64,000 bases of DNA. It comes from a bacterium. GTDB lineage: Bacteria; UBA8248; JACPRG01; G963555815. The notes beneath the pieces were generated by a model. It was not told where the DNA came from and did no database searches. It worked only from the letters and a program-made list of their open reading frames with translations. The DNA is taken from contig OZ244653.1 in assembly GCA_965218795.1 (NCBI GenBank), forward strand, positions 2,688,001-2,752,000. The letters are read 5' to 3'. Below are positions 19,916 through 31,014 of this stretch, in pieces. The position numbers and the translations under genes are program-made. Numbering within the stretch: the stretch's first letter is position 1; every line of letters begins with the position of its first letter.

Positions 19916-20427
19916 GATCTCCCGCTCTTCGCGAAGCTGACGGACCTCTCGACGAAGCCGCCGCAGCTCCTCGAGCTCCGTACTTGTCAGACCGTCCTCA
20001 CGACGGCCCTCGTCGCGGTCGGCCTGGCGCACCCAGTTGCGAATCACCGAAGCAGAACACTCGAACTCCCGGGCCAGCTCCCCGGGCGTACGGCCCGAGC
20101 GAACCAACTCGACCATCTGGCGCCGCTACTCCGGCGCGTAGGGCGAATGAGTCTTTCGCATCTGAACACCTCCTGCGCACACTCTGAAGGTGTCCACGAA
20201 AACGGGGCAAATCCAACACAAAGATGGATAGCTTTAAGAGAAGTCGTGAACATTAAAACAGACTTGGCGCGGGCGAGTGTGGTTCACGCCTGCACCCGGC
20301 TTTCCTGCCACCGGGTTTCCCCTACAGGGTCCATCCGCCACCTCGCGCGCGCCTTGTGACTATTCGATATTAGTCCTATACTTTCTGTACAATTGCGAGG
20401 AGGTCAACGCCGCATCGGGGCACGGCC

Positions 20428-20727
20428 ATGAAGATGTCGACGCGAAAATTGTGGATGCGCCTGCTGTGTGCGGGTTTTCTGGCATGCTTCTTCGCCGTCG
20501 GGCCGGTCGTCCACGCTTACCTGCATCCCCACGAAGTCCATCAGAACTCGACCTGTCCCTCGACGGGTTTCACGCTTTCCATCGATTCCAACGCCCGTCA
20601 CATGCCCCTTCCAGGCTCTCTGGGGAAAGGGCGGCCTCATTCCATCCCGCGCCGGGCCGCCTGGCGCCTCATCCGTGAATTCGCCCTCAACGTCACACGG
20701 GGACCTCCCGCCACGCCGCCGACTTGA
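20428..20727 (+). CDS. DUF2946-like leader peptide with RGPP arrest-type motif
   Basis: Signal-like hydrophobic N-terminus, His cluster HAYLHPHEVH plus Cys, RGPP near the stop, directly upstream of a metal porin. Confidence 0.6.
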   Translation: MKMSTRKLWMRLLCAGFLACFFAVGPVVHAYLHPHEVHQNSTCPSTGFTLSIDSNARHMPLPGSLGKGRPHSIPRRAAWRLIREFALNVTRGPPATPPT

Positions 20728-20793
20728 CGCCTGATTCCGGTCCGACTCTGAGCAGCGGACCCATGTTTGGCAGCTTGAAGGGGAGTGGTCCCA

Positions 20794-22203
20794 ATGAAGA
20801 ACCGAAAAGCGCTTGCGGCGCTTGTTGCGGCTGCATTTCTATTCTTGTCCGGCCCGCCGGCCCAGGCCGTGACAGAGGCCGACATCCAACAAATGAAACA
20901 GGAGATGAAGGCCCTCCAACTGCGCCTGGAGCAGATGCAGAAACTCATCGAGAAGCAGGAGAAGGCCCTTCAGGCGGTCGAGGAAAAGCAGGAGGCGAAG
21001 GAAAGGGCCAAGGCCGAAGCCAGTCCAGGCGCGACCACGGAGACCGGGGTCAGCCGGGCGCTGAACCCGGCCATCAGCGTGAACGGCCTGCTCCTGGGCG
21101 CGGCCGTGAAAAACGGCCGGGAGGACAGTCAGGAGCCCGGCCTATCCGTCCAGGAGGTAGAGATTCAGGCCACGGCGTTTGTCGACCCCAACGTGAAAGG
21201 GCATCTGACGGCCGCCTTCCATGGGGGACACCACGAAGACGCAGGCGGCCACCTGGCCGGACTCCAGTTTGAATTGGAAGAGTTCTACTTCGACATCTTC
21301 GGTCTTCCCGCGGCGCTCCAGTCCGAAGGCTTTGCAGGTCAGATCGAGGGGGTCTCGGCCCGAATCGGCAAGAGCTTCGTGCCTTTTGGAAAGAGCAACC
21401 CCCTGCATACGCATCAGCTTCCGTTCATCGACCGGCCCATTGTAACGGAGAAGATATTCGGCGATGAGAAACTGAACGAGGTCCTCGCCATGGCGAACGT
21501 CTCCCTCCCGCTGCCTTTCTTCCTGGAGCTCCAGGGGGCGGTCATGGACGGAGCGAACGAAGACCTGTTCAACAGCCCGCGCTCGAAGGACCTGGCCGGT
21601 TTTCTGCGCGCGCATACCGTTCTGGACGTGACGTCGGATACCACGGTCGAGTTGGGCGGCTCCTACACCTGGGGCGAAGACGAGGAGCTTCGCCTGAACC
21701 AGGTGTTCGGCGCGGATCTGACCCTCAAGGCGGTCCGAGGGCTGGCCAAGTGGCCGCACCAAGCCATCTGGACCACCGAGTACGTGCAAAACGTCCGGGA
21801 TGAGGGAATGGGCATGGAAGACCGCAGGCGGGGCGGCCTCTACACCGGCCTGCAAGTCCAGGTTCACCGGAACTGGTGGCTCCAGGCACGGTACGATTAC
21901 TTCGGCATTCCGAAGCTCGAAAGCGCCCTTGAGGAAGATGAAGGTGAGGAACATGAGGAGGAGGGGAACGGGGACGAGGATGAAGAGATTGGGCACATGG
22001 ATGAAGGGCATGGGAATGAGGGTGAGGAATATGAGGGATGGCGGGCCACGTTCCTGGCCGCCCTCGTTCCCAACGAGTTTTCGGCCATCCGTTTCCAGTA
22101 CAGCTACACGCACGACGACAACCCGGCCGTGGAGGACGGCGAGCACGAATTCCTGATCCAGTTCAACTACACCTTCGGCTCCCATCCCGCGCACCTCTAT
22201 TGA
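20794..22203 (+). CDS. Outer-membrane beta-barrel protein associated with Zn/metal uptake
   Basis: Signal peptide, coiled coil, LNPAISV, E.E....VDP, FGKSNPLHTH, acidic His loop, C-terminal FGSHPAHLY. Confidence 0.8.
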   Translation: MKNRKALAALVAAAFLFLSGPPAQAVTEADIQQMKQEMKALQLRLEQMQKLIEKQEKALQAVEEKQEAKERAKAEASPGATTETGVSRALNPAISVNGLLLGAAVKNGREDSQEPGLSVQEVEIQATAFVDPNVKGHLTAAFHGGHHEDAGGHLAGLQFELEEFYFDIFGLPAALQSEGFAGQIEGVSARIGKSFVPFGKSNPLHTHQLPFIDRPIVTEKIFGDEKLNEVLAMANVSLPLPFFLELQGAVMDGANEDLFNSPRSKDLAGFLRAHTVLDVTSDTTVELGGSYTWGEDEELRLNQVFGADLTLKAVRGLAKWPHQAIWTTEYVQNVRDEGMGMEDRRRGGLYTGLQVQVHRNWWLQARYDYFGIPKLESALEEDEGEEHEEEGNGDEDEEIGHMDEGHGNEGEEYEGWRATFLAALVPNEFSAIRFQYSYTHDDNPAVEDGEHEFLIQFNYTFGSHPAHLY

Positions 22204-22218
22204 TGGGAGGATCGGAAA

Positions 22219-23142
22219 TTGCAAAAACGACTTGGATGGATTTGGACCTGGGCGGCGGTCCTGTGGTTCGTGTCTCCCGCAGGGGCTCAGATCAAGGCCG
22301 TCGCCACCCTCCCGGACTTGGGCATGATCCTGAAAACGGTCGGCGGCGACCGGGTGCGCGTCCATACCGTGGCCCGGGGAGACCAGGACCCGCACTACGT
22401 TCCGGCCAAACCCTCCCTTCTGCGAAAATTCCGAGGGGCCCGCTTCTTGGTGTACAACGGCATGGAGCTGGAGATCGGCTGGCTTCCCCTGCTGCTCCAA
22501 GGGGCCCGGAATCCCCGCCTCCGGTCGGGAAGTCCGGGGGTCTTCAACGCGTCGTCGTCGATCGGCAGGGTGCTTGAGGTGCCCGCGGGGCAGCTGTCCC
22601 GGGCCCAGGGAGACATTCATCCCGAGGGCAACCCGCATTACACCCTGGACCCGCGGAACGGCGTCCGGGTGGCCAAGGCGTTGGCCGAGCGGCTCGGCCG
22701 GTTGGACGCGGGAGGGGCCGGCGTCTACCGCGCCAACGCCAAAGCCTTCGTTGACCGGCTCTCCGGGAAAATCAAGGGCTGGGAGGAGCGCCTCGCTCCT
22801 TATCAAGGGCGCGAGGTGGTGACCTACCACCGTGTCTGGTCCTATTTCTTCGATTGGGCCGGCCTGCAATACGCGGGCGTGATCGAGGACAAGCCCGGCA
22901 TTCCGGCCTCCCCGATTCACGTCACCCAGCTGGTCAAAACGATGCGGGCCCGAGATGTGAGAACCGTCTTCGTTGCGAATTACACGCCGCCCAGGATCGC
23001 ACGCCGCCTCGCGAAACGCGCCGGCGCACGGGTCGTCATCCTCCCGGCGCAGGCTGGGGCCGAAGGAGGCGCTGAAACCTATAAAGCCTGGATGGACTCC
23101 CTCGTGGCGAAGGTCACCGAAGGGCTGAAACAAGGGAAATGA
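22219..23142 (+). CDS. Zn/Mn ABC substrate-binding protein (ZnuA-like)
   Basis: DPHY, GDIHPEGNPHYTLDP, VTYH. Confidence 0.9.
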   Translation: MQKRLGWIWTWAAVLWFVSPAGAQIKAVATLPDLGMILKTVGGDRVRVHTVARGDQDPHYVPAKPSLLRKFRGARFLVYNGMELEIGWLPLLLQGARNPRLRSGSPGVFNASSSIGRVLEVPAGQLSRAQGDIHPEGNPHYTLDPRNGVRVAKALAERLGRLDAGGAGVYRANAKAFVDRLSGKIKGWEERLAPYQGREVVTYHRVWSYFFDWAGLQYAGVIEDKPGIPASPIHVTQLVKTMRARDVRTVFVANYTPPRIARRLAKRAGARVVILPAQAGAEGGAETYKAWMDSLVAKVTEGLKQGK

Positions 23143-24002
23143 GCGACTTCATCGGCCTCATGGCCGCGCCTTTCAGCGCCTGCCTGATCCTGGTCGGGAT
23201 CCATACCTATCTGGGCCTGCACGTTCTGGAACGGGAGGTCATCTTCGTGGACCTGGCGCTCGCGCAGGTGGCCGCGCTTGGGGCGGTGGCCGGAACGCTC
23301 CTAGGGCTCGAGATCCACGGGGCCGGCGCGTACGCCTTCTCCCTGGCCGCCACGTTCATCGGGGCGGTCCTTTTCACACTGACAAGGCCGCGGGAAGGCC
23401 CGGGCAAAAGCCGCGTTCCGCACGAAGCCATGATTGGAATCGTCTACGCGGTGTCGGCCTCGGCCATGATCCTCGTTCTCGCGCGGGCCCCCCGGGGGGC
23501 GGAGCACGTTCAAGAGCTTCTGGTGGGAGCGATCCTCTGGGTGACCTGGGAGGAGGTGGCGAAGACGGCGGGCATCTATATCCTGGTCGGCGCCTTCCAC
23601 TGGATCTTTCGGACAAGGTTCCTCCTGGTCAGCCGAAACCCGGAGGCCGCACGCACCCAAGGGGTCTCCGTGATACTCTGGGATTTTCTCTTTTACGCTT
23701 CCTTCGGATTCGTCGTCACCAGCTCCGTGGGATTGGCGGGGGTGCTGCTCGTCTTCTGCATCCTGATCATCCCGGCCGCGGCGGCGGCCTACGTGGCCGA
23801 GTCCACCTCCCTTCGCCTGGCCATCGGCTGGGCGTTCGGCACGGTGGGAAGCATGGGAGGCGTGGCCCTCTCTTACACGCTCGATCTGCCAACGGGCGCG
23901 GCCGTGGTCTGCACCCTGGGCGTGCTGCTGCCCATCTTCAAAATTCTATCCAAACTCAAGACCGCCGGTTTTCATTCCAACGAAGCAAGAATCGGCCGTT
24001 AA
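23139..24002 (+). CDS. Metal ABC permease (ZnuB-like)
   Basis: Polytopic, GLHVLEREVIFVDLALAQ, GVLLVF..LIIPA. Confidence 0.9.
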   Translation: MSDFIGLMAAPFSACLILVGIHTYLGLHVLEREVIFVDLALAQVAALGAVAGTLLGLEIHGAGAYAFSLAATFIGAVLFTLTRPREGPGKSRVPHEAMIGIVYAVSASAMILVLARAPRGAEHVQELLVGAILWVTWEEVAKTAGIYILVGAFHWIFRTRFLLVSRNPEAARTQGVSVILWDFLFYASFGFVVTSSVGLAGVLLVFCILIIPAAAAAYVAESTSLRLAIGWAFGTVGSMGGVALSYTLDLPTGAAVVCTLGVLLPIFKILSKLKTAGFHSNEARIGR

Positions 24003-24181
24003 CAAAAAGAGGCGGACCCCAACCGCGCGGCCCGCTTCCTCGACGCGGGCATCAAGGACGGCTGGGCCGCGTGCCGGGTCGCGCTGCGAGGCGGCCTTTC
24101 CGCATATCGACGCGTCCCGGAGAGCGAACCCCGGAGGGTTTCCTGTTTCCGAAGTACGCCGAAGGACGATGCCAGAACTCT

Positions 24182-24680
24182 ATGGCCGGTTCCGAAGGGC
24201 CGCGGGTGGGTGTACTCTTCAAGTCTTACGAAACGCTGGAGCAGATTGCAGCCTACGCCAGGATGACCGAAGAGGTGAACCTGACGGGCGGCTTCTGGAT
24301 CGCTGAAGCCTACCACTGGTTCCGCAACTACGGACACGAGTGCCGCGAGCCGTGGTCACCCTTGCGACGGCCGCTCAAGGACGGAGCGCATTCCCATAGG
24401 TGCGGGCATTGTCTCTCCCTATATCCGGCATCCGACGGTACAAGCCGCCGAGGCTGCAGCCTTGGACGAGCTTTCAGAGGGCCGGTTCATCATGGGGATG
24501 GGTGCCGGCAAGGTGGAGATCAACTACCTGGAAACGGATCTGCAAAAGGCGACGCCTGTTCGGGTCCACCAGGAATCCATTGAAATCTTTCGGGGGATCA
24601 TCCGGGATGAGGCCTTCTCCTGTGAGGTAGAGATTTTCCGCGCGTCGGTCCCTTCCGTCGATCCGTCTAAGACAAGGCAC
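24182..24680 (+). pseudogene. LLM-class flavin-dependent oxidoreductase, frameshifted and cut by IS
   Basis: FWIAEAYH and LDELSEGRFIMGMGAG lie in different frames. Ends at the IS3 IR. Confidence 0.75.
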
Positions 24681-25932
24681 TGACCAGACCGAGTTTTTGT
24701 ACCGCTTTTTGGGAGAGAGTTTACATGACAGCCTGAGGCTGTGAAACCGGTTTGGGGGGAAGGAATGGAGTGCAGACCTCCGGCGCCGGGGGCCTGTAAT
24801 TCAGCGCCGAGTGCGGTCTCCGGGTGTTATCTTCCTCCCGCCAAGGCTCAATCACAATCTGGGCCTCCTTCAACGAATAGAAGATCTCACCATTCAGGCA
24901 TTCGTCTCTCAGCTTCCCATGGAAACGCTCACAATACCCATTCTCCCAGGGACTGCCGGGTTCGATGGATAACGTTCCGGTCCCAAGCTTCTCCAGCCAC
25001 TGGCGCAAGTCCCGGGCCAGAAACTCTGGGCCGTTGTCGGATCGAATATGCTCCGGGACCCCTTGCCACACCATCACGTCCGACAACGTCTCGATCACCT
25101 CCGGGCTGCCTATCCTCCGCTCGACTCGGATGGCCAGGCATTCCCTCGTAACCTCGTCCAGCAGCGTCAGAAGCCGCAGCGTTCTTCCATCGTGCGTTCT
25201 GGCGCTGACAACAATCATAGCTCCAGACGTGGTTCCGATGCTCCGGCCGCAGTCGCACACAGGAACCGCCGTTCAGCCAGAGCCGTCTTCGGGGCCTTTG
25301 TTGCTGCGGCACTTTCAAACCTTCCCGCCGCCAGATTCGCTGCACCCGATCCTTCCCCACCGGCCAGCCCGAGCTCTGCAGCAACGCCGTGATTCGTCGA
25401 TAGCCGTACCGCCCGTACTGCGCCGCCAGAGCCATCACCGCTCGTGTCAGCTCATCCTCGTCCAACCGATCCATCGGCCGGTATCGTTGCGTTCCCCTCC
25501 ATTGCCCCAGCAGCCGGCAGGCGCGCCGTTCCGACAGGCCATACTTCCCCCGCGCACACTCCACCGCGCAACGTCGCCGCTCAGGGCTCAGAAGTTTCCC
25601 TGGGCTACGTCCCGTAGCACTTGCTTCTCCAGCGACAACTCGGCCACCAGTCGCTTCAACCGCGTATTTTCCTTCTCCAGCTCCTTCAGCCGTTTCGCCT
25701 GATCCAGCTTCAGCCCTCCATATTCCTTCCGCCAGCGGTAATAAGTCTGGGTGTGGATGCCGGCTTCCTTGCAGGCTTCGGGAGCCGTCTTCCCGTTTGC
25801 CATCTGCACTTCGATCTGCCGCAGCAAGGTCACAATCTTCTCTGCTTTGTACTTTCGGACCGGCATGTCCAGCTTCCTCCTTCGTGAGATCCTCTCTCAC
25901 TTCTGCTGGTACAAAAAACGCCGGTCAGGTCA
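24681..25932 (-). mobile_element. IS3-family (IS407-like) element, orfB frameshifted
   Basis: IRs TGACCAGACCGAGTTTTTGTACC / GGTACAAAAAACGCCGGTCAGGTCA. orfA 25588-25866. orfB has YGYRRI, WSYD, RSDNGPEF, PWENG. Confidence 0.9.
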
Positions 25933-26908
25933 TGTGTGGCTCGCATACTTGATTTCATCTCGTAAGATGAGGAATGGATGCGGATCAGAAGAAGCGCCTG
26001 GGCTTGATCGAGTTGTATGAGGCAACCGGCGACGCGGGCCTCGTTTGCCGGCGCTGCGGTATTTCCCGACCGACCCTGCGTAAATGGCAACGGAGATACG
26101 ACGAGCTCGGCGTTGATGGCCTGAAGAGCCGGAGCAGGCGTCCTCACCGGTCTCCGGCTCGAGCGGCGGCTTGGGATAAAGCAGCTCAGAAGCGAGCCAT
26201 TCGTCGTCACGACCTTCGCCTCTCGCTTGAGACGATCCACAAGGTCCTGGAGCAGCATGGGGTCAACGTTCTCGAACGCAAACGGTCTTGGCGGAAGAGG
26301 AACAAACGCTATGTCCGGCCCGTCCCGGGGGACCGCGTCCAGATGGATGTCTGTTAGATCGCCCCGGCCCTGTATCCATATACGGCGATAGACGATTGCA
26401 GCCGCTACAAGGTGTTGGGGATTTATCCGCGCCGCACGGCCTCGAACACCCTTGACTTCCTTGAGCAGGTGCTTGAGGAGATGCCTTTCCCCATACAGCG
26501 GTTCCAGACGGACCGTGGCCGCGAGTTCTTCGCCTGCAAGGTCCAGCAACGCCTCATGGAATGGGCGATCAAGTTCGGTCCGATCAAGCCTCGGTCACCC
26601 CATCTGAACGGCAAGGTCGAGCGCAGCCAGAAGACCGATCTGCATGAGTTCTGGTCAACCGTCGATCGGAAGGCAGCCGATCTTCAACAGCAACTGGCTG
26701 AATGGCAGCACTTCTCCAACTGGCATCGACCCCATACGACCCTTAATGGCCGTTCACCCATTGATCGTGTTTGCGACCTGCTGTCGAAAACGCCCCTGTC
26801 CGAAGACGTCTACGCCGCGTTCGATCCGACAAAGGAGCGGATCCGACACCAGAACTACGTCATCGATCAGAAGCTACGTGAATTGAAATGATCTGTGCGA
26901 ACACCACA
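25933..26908 (+). mobile_element. IS481-family element, transposase with internal stop at 26355
   Basis: TGT...ACA ends. HTH (CGISRPTLRKW), QMDVC*, QTDRGREF, NGKVERSQ. Confidence 0.85.
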
Positions 26909-27112
26909 TGTCAGGGCATGAGACGTGCATCGCCTAGATGCATGTCTCGAGCCTTCGCCCAGAATGTCCGCCGCTATGTGGGGGGGGCGGCGCGGCCGCG
27001 CAACGCCTCTACACAGATATTCGGACATACCCAAGCCCACGGGCGGGGATTGCCCCCATCTATCTTTCTCCGCCTGTCGCCTGCTCCGAAAAAACGCCCG
27101 TTTTTCGAGCGG

Positions 27113-28111
27113 TCAGCCGCCGCCCCCGGGAAGTGGACGAGACACCCCGGTCTCCCTGAAGGGCCCGCTCAGGCCCAGGAACGACCCGACGAACTCACCC
27201 TCGCTGCCGTCGTTCTCCTGGAAGTAGACACCATTGAAGCCCGCGACCAGTCGGGGGTTTCCGTCCGCGTCTTGGCGGCTGGACATGGCCCCGCCCCAAT
27301 CCCCCTCGGAATGCGTGATGGTCCGCTCCGGGTGTCTCACCGTCACCCTGTCGCGCTCGAACATGCCGTCCACTCTGATAATCGCCGTGGCGAGTTGGAG
27401 CTCGTAGTCCGCGGCTACGGCCTGCACGTCCCTCAACTCCTCGCCGAGAAAAACGCCGAAATGCGCGCGCTGCGTGACGAGATCGCCCACGCACCCGATG
27501 CAGCCTCTCAGGGTGCCGTCCGCGAAGTCCGCGGTGAGGGTGACCGTCCCCTGGTACTCGTCGATCACGAAGGCGCCCTCGTTCTCTCCCCAGTCGCTTC
27601 CGGCCACGTAGGTGTAGAGCCCCCCGGCCGGTCCCGCGTATGTGGCCGTCCCCTCGATTGGCAACTGCGGCACGATGCCATGGTCGAGTTCCGGGCCGTC
27701 GATGATCGCGTACCGTATCGATTCCTTGAACGATAGATCCGGCGGATGCTGGTCCGGGAACTGCGCCCACCAGCCGAACATGAGGTAGTCCGCCGGGTTG
27801 CCCGGGTCCCAGCTTACCAGGGCGTGGGCCACCGACGTGTCGTCCTCCGTTACCTTCAGGAACGTCCAGGCCCGCGCCTGGTGGCCGGGCATGGGCGTTG
27901 CCCCGGGCAGCGTCTCGATGACATCGTCGGTCGTGTTGACGGAAGCCACGGTTCCGTCGTCCAGCGTCACGAAAAACCGCAGGTTCGTGCCGTCGAACTC
28001 GGTATTCCTCTCGAGCTGAATAAAGCCTTCGGCTTCGGGTGGCGGGCCGTTGCGGCTCCCGCAGGCGGTCAGTACCAGCACCATAACGAGCAGCATAGGA
28101 ATGGATTTCAC
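27113..28111 (-). CDS. Lipoprotein with transferrin-binding-protein-like beta-barrel
   Basis: GTG start, lipobox VLTAC, GTATYAGPAGG, VTLTADF, GEFVGSF. Confidence 0.7.
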   Translation of the reverse strand: MKSIPMLLVMVLVLTACGSRNGPPPEAEGFIQLERNTEFDGTNLRFFVTLDDGTVASVNTTDDVIETLPGATPMPGHQARAWTFLKVTEDDTSVAHALVSWDPGNPADYLMFGWWAQFPDQHPPDLSFKESIRYAIIDGPELDHGIVPQLPIEGTATYAGPAGGLYTYVAGSDWGENEGAFVIDEYQGTVTLTADFADGTLRGCIGCVGDLVTQRAHFGVFLGEELRDVQAVAADYELQLATAIIRVDGMFERDRVTVRHPERTITHSEGDWGGAMSSRQDADGNPRLVAGFNGVYFQENDGSEGEFVGSFLGLSGPFRETGVSRPLPGGGG

Positions 28112-28464
28112 GTCAGTCCCCCAGCATCTGAGCCATACGGTCCTTCGTGGCGTTCGAGGTCCGAATCGTTGCGCCCGCCGCCGCGCTCGTCCCGGCCCCG
28201 CATCCCAACCTCCTGCACCATCACCGCAAGACCAGAGAACGCGACATCTAATAGTACACCAGAGACTTTTCAGCACCCTGCTAGCCCCACACATATCGCC
28301 TTGAATCTACGCCGCGCGTGTAAGAGGCCCTCTTACATCGTTGCTCTTTGGTATGCCAGTAGTTGTAGTGAAGGGTCTCGCCCATTTTCAGGAAAACGGT
28401 TTTCCAAGTCTTGCTGCGGCAATCAAGATAAGTGTGTCTGCTGGTGAGCTCCCCACTAAGCATC

Positions 28465-30325
28465 TCAGAAGGCAATGCGCAGAACGAGAGACAGCTGGTG
28501 GTCCTGACGCGACCCGTCGCCGAAGCGTCCGGCGTAGCCCGCGAGGACGCTCGCGCGCTCGGTCAGTTTCGCGCTCAGGCCAAGGTCGGCGCTCACCGAC
28601 TGGCGCGGCGGCGCGAAGCCCGGGAGGGTGAAGCGCCCGGGCAGGGTGTTGGAACCCGCGGTGACCAGGATGGGGTCGTCCTTGAGTTCCCTCTCATAGG
28701 TGACGCGGGCGTAGGGGCGGACCCCGCCGCCGAGGCGCCAGGTGAGCTGGTAGCCGCCGCGCGCGATGAGGGAATCGCGCTCGAAGTCGGAGAAGTTCAT
28801 CGAGGTGGAGGAGCGCCCGCTCTCCCGGTAGCCCTTGACCTTCTGATCGATCCAGACGAAACCGAGGAAGGGACCGTGCCGAAGAGCCGCGGGTTCACCG
28901 AAGAGCCAGCCCAGGTCGAGTTCGGTCCCGAACTGAACGGCGCTGGTGGAGCCGCGCTCGGGGCGCCGCGCCGGTCCAAGGCGGATCGAGCGCTCGATGT
29001 CCACCGATGTCCTGCCCCCGCTCAGGGCGCCGCTCAGGTGGAGGCCACCGGTACGCCACGTTCCGTGCAGCGAGCCGAGCACCACGGTGCTGTCGAGGCT
29101 CGCGCCCGTGACGTCGTTGTCGTGGCGAGCGAGGCTCAATGCGGCGCCCCAGTGCAAGTCGGCCCCCGCCCGGCGGTTGGCCCCCAGCGTGAGCACCTGC
29201 GTGTTGGCCCGCGTTTCGCCCAGGCGCGGCAGAACGTCAAGCTCATGCTTGCCGATGCCTCCCGTTACGTAGCCGCGCCAGCTCCCGACGGGTCGGTCAA
29301 GGGCGAAATCCGCCATCCGCTCCGTGGACACGGCGCCGCGGTGAACCCCCGCCACATCGACGCCCGCCTCGCCGACCAGTGAAACCTGGACCGGAGCGGC
29401 GAGGGTGGAGGTGACCACGCGGGCGATGATCGCGTGAGCCGCGCCGCTCGGATGTTTGTCGTCCGCGAACAGGTAGCGCTGATTGGCGCCGGGGGCGTAG
29501 GTCTTGGGATAACCCGAGCCCTCCGGACCGCATACGAGCGAGACCGGGCTGCGGTCCGTCAGGGGATTCGCGTTCAGGGGGCAGGCCGTTTCCCGGACGT
29601 TGGTGAAGCCGTACGTCTGGGGACTTTCGAGTAACTCCTCGGTCAGGGCCAGGATATTAATGGGGATGATGCCATCCTCGCGCGCGCGCAGAGCCGGTAT
29701 AGACCACCTCGTTATAGGCGGCGCTCAGTGCGGTCAGCGCTCCCCGGAGAGCCGGAGGCAGGTTGGCGGCGAATGGGATCACGCTGAGATCGGGCAGGTT
29801 GGGCACCACGATATAGCGGGCCCCGGCTTCCTGGAGACGCCGGACCTGCCCGGCATGAGCGGCGGCGGCGGCCAATGCGTGGGTCTGCGCATTGGCTGGA
29901 TCCACGAACAACGCGTCATTGATATCGTTGAGGCCGGCCCACAGGAAGTAGAGCGCGTCCGGGTCGGCTCGCCCGCCCGCCCGTGAGGAGAGGTGCTGGT
30001 CGACCTGCTCCGTGATTGTCGGCACTGGATTGCGGCACGGGCCCTCCGGGCGCACACAGGCGCCGCTCCAGGCGTAGTTCGGTCCGCCGGCGAGGGAGTG
30101 CCTGCCCGATGCGCCGAAGGTCTGCGCGATGATCTCGGCGGCGAGCGGGTCGGGGTTGGTGGTGAAGCTGCTGCCCGCTGGCAGCCCTTCCCGCTGGGCT
30201 ATATTGCCGGTGTCGCTCAGGCTGGCGCCGAACACGAAGAAGTTGCTGAAGCTCTGGGCCCAGGCGCTACCGGCGAGGACGGGAACGAGAAGAAGAACGC
30301 CGAGCAGGCGAAAATGACGAAGCAT
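28465..30325 (-). pseudogene. GDSL/SGNH esterase autotransporter (EstA-like), frameshift near 29690
   Basis: Signal peptide, FGASLSDTGN, GLND block, then YLFADDKHP and a C-terminal barrel ending LRIAF in another frame. Confidence 0.85.
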
Positions 30326-30559
30326 GTGAAAGACCCCCTCTCTCATTTGGGAAATGATGATGAATTGATGACGCGGATCCGGCGAAATCAGCCGTTCTCA
30401 TGAGGGGCAACATACCACAACCCACGCCCCGGGCGGCATGGGGTCGGTGATCCTGCCACATTACCGATGAGGCGGCGCTTATTGCGCTGGATTGCCACGA
30501 GGACCTTGTCGAGGTCGCGCTCGGTGGCTTGGAGCATGGAAGTTCAATGGAAGTTCAGT

Positions 30560-31014
30560 AGAGGGAATGAACCGCGTCGAACTCTTCGCTTATCTCAGGG
30601 ACACCTTTGAGGCCACTTTGGACGGACGACCCAGCCCGCCTCAAATATCGTCCAACTTCTACTCTGGGCCTTTACTCTAGCATCAAGCTCAAGGTGACCA
30701 TGAATTAATGCTGGTGATCGGCTTCCTAGTCGTCACCGTCCTCGTCTACCATTGAAGCGAAGACAAGATAGGGCTCCCCGCCCAAGTCTCCGGCGATCTC
30801 CTTACCGTCCATTGCGACGCTGGTTTTGCCGACGACGAGACTGTACAGAAAAAGACATTTTCGACCACGCCGCCTCCTTGATCGAAACCGCAAAAATGAA
30901 CCGCGTCGAGTCTTCGCCTATCTAAAGGCCACACTCGAAGCCATCGCCGACGGACGGCCCTCCTTACAAACCGACCAAATCATGTCCTGGGCTTTCACAC
31001 CAACGTCACGATGA
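30560..31014 (+). pseudogene. Two IS66 transposase C-terminal remnants
   Basis: NRVELFAYLRDT.. (about 30570) and LIETAKMNRVE..AYLKATLEAIADG...WAF (about 30880-31014). Confidence 0.65.

Larger units (their letters stand above)
15834..20215 (-). mobile_element. IS3-family element (inactivated) carrying two nested IS110 elements
   Basis: Terminal IRs TGGAGTTACCCCGTTTTTGTGGACA (15834) and TGTCCACGAAAACGGGGCAAATCCA (ends 20215). orfA 19916-20161 has an early TAG. orfB is split into 17680-18242 (WVADITY, HHSD) and 15839-16318 (QGSQYT, DNAMAESFF). Confidence 0.92.

Noticed and set aside
21142-23133. Long antisense ORFs (663 aa here; also 44511-46241, 50198-51934, 54737-56149)
   Set aside because: Shadow frames of well-supported genes in GC-rich DNA.
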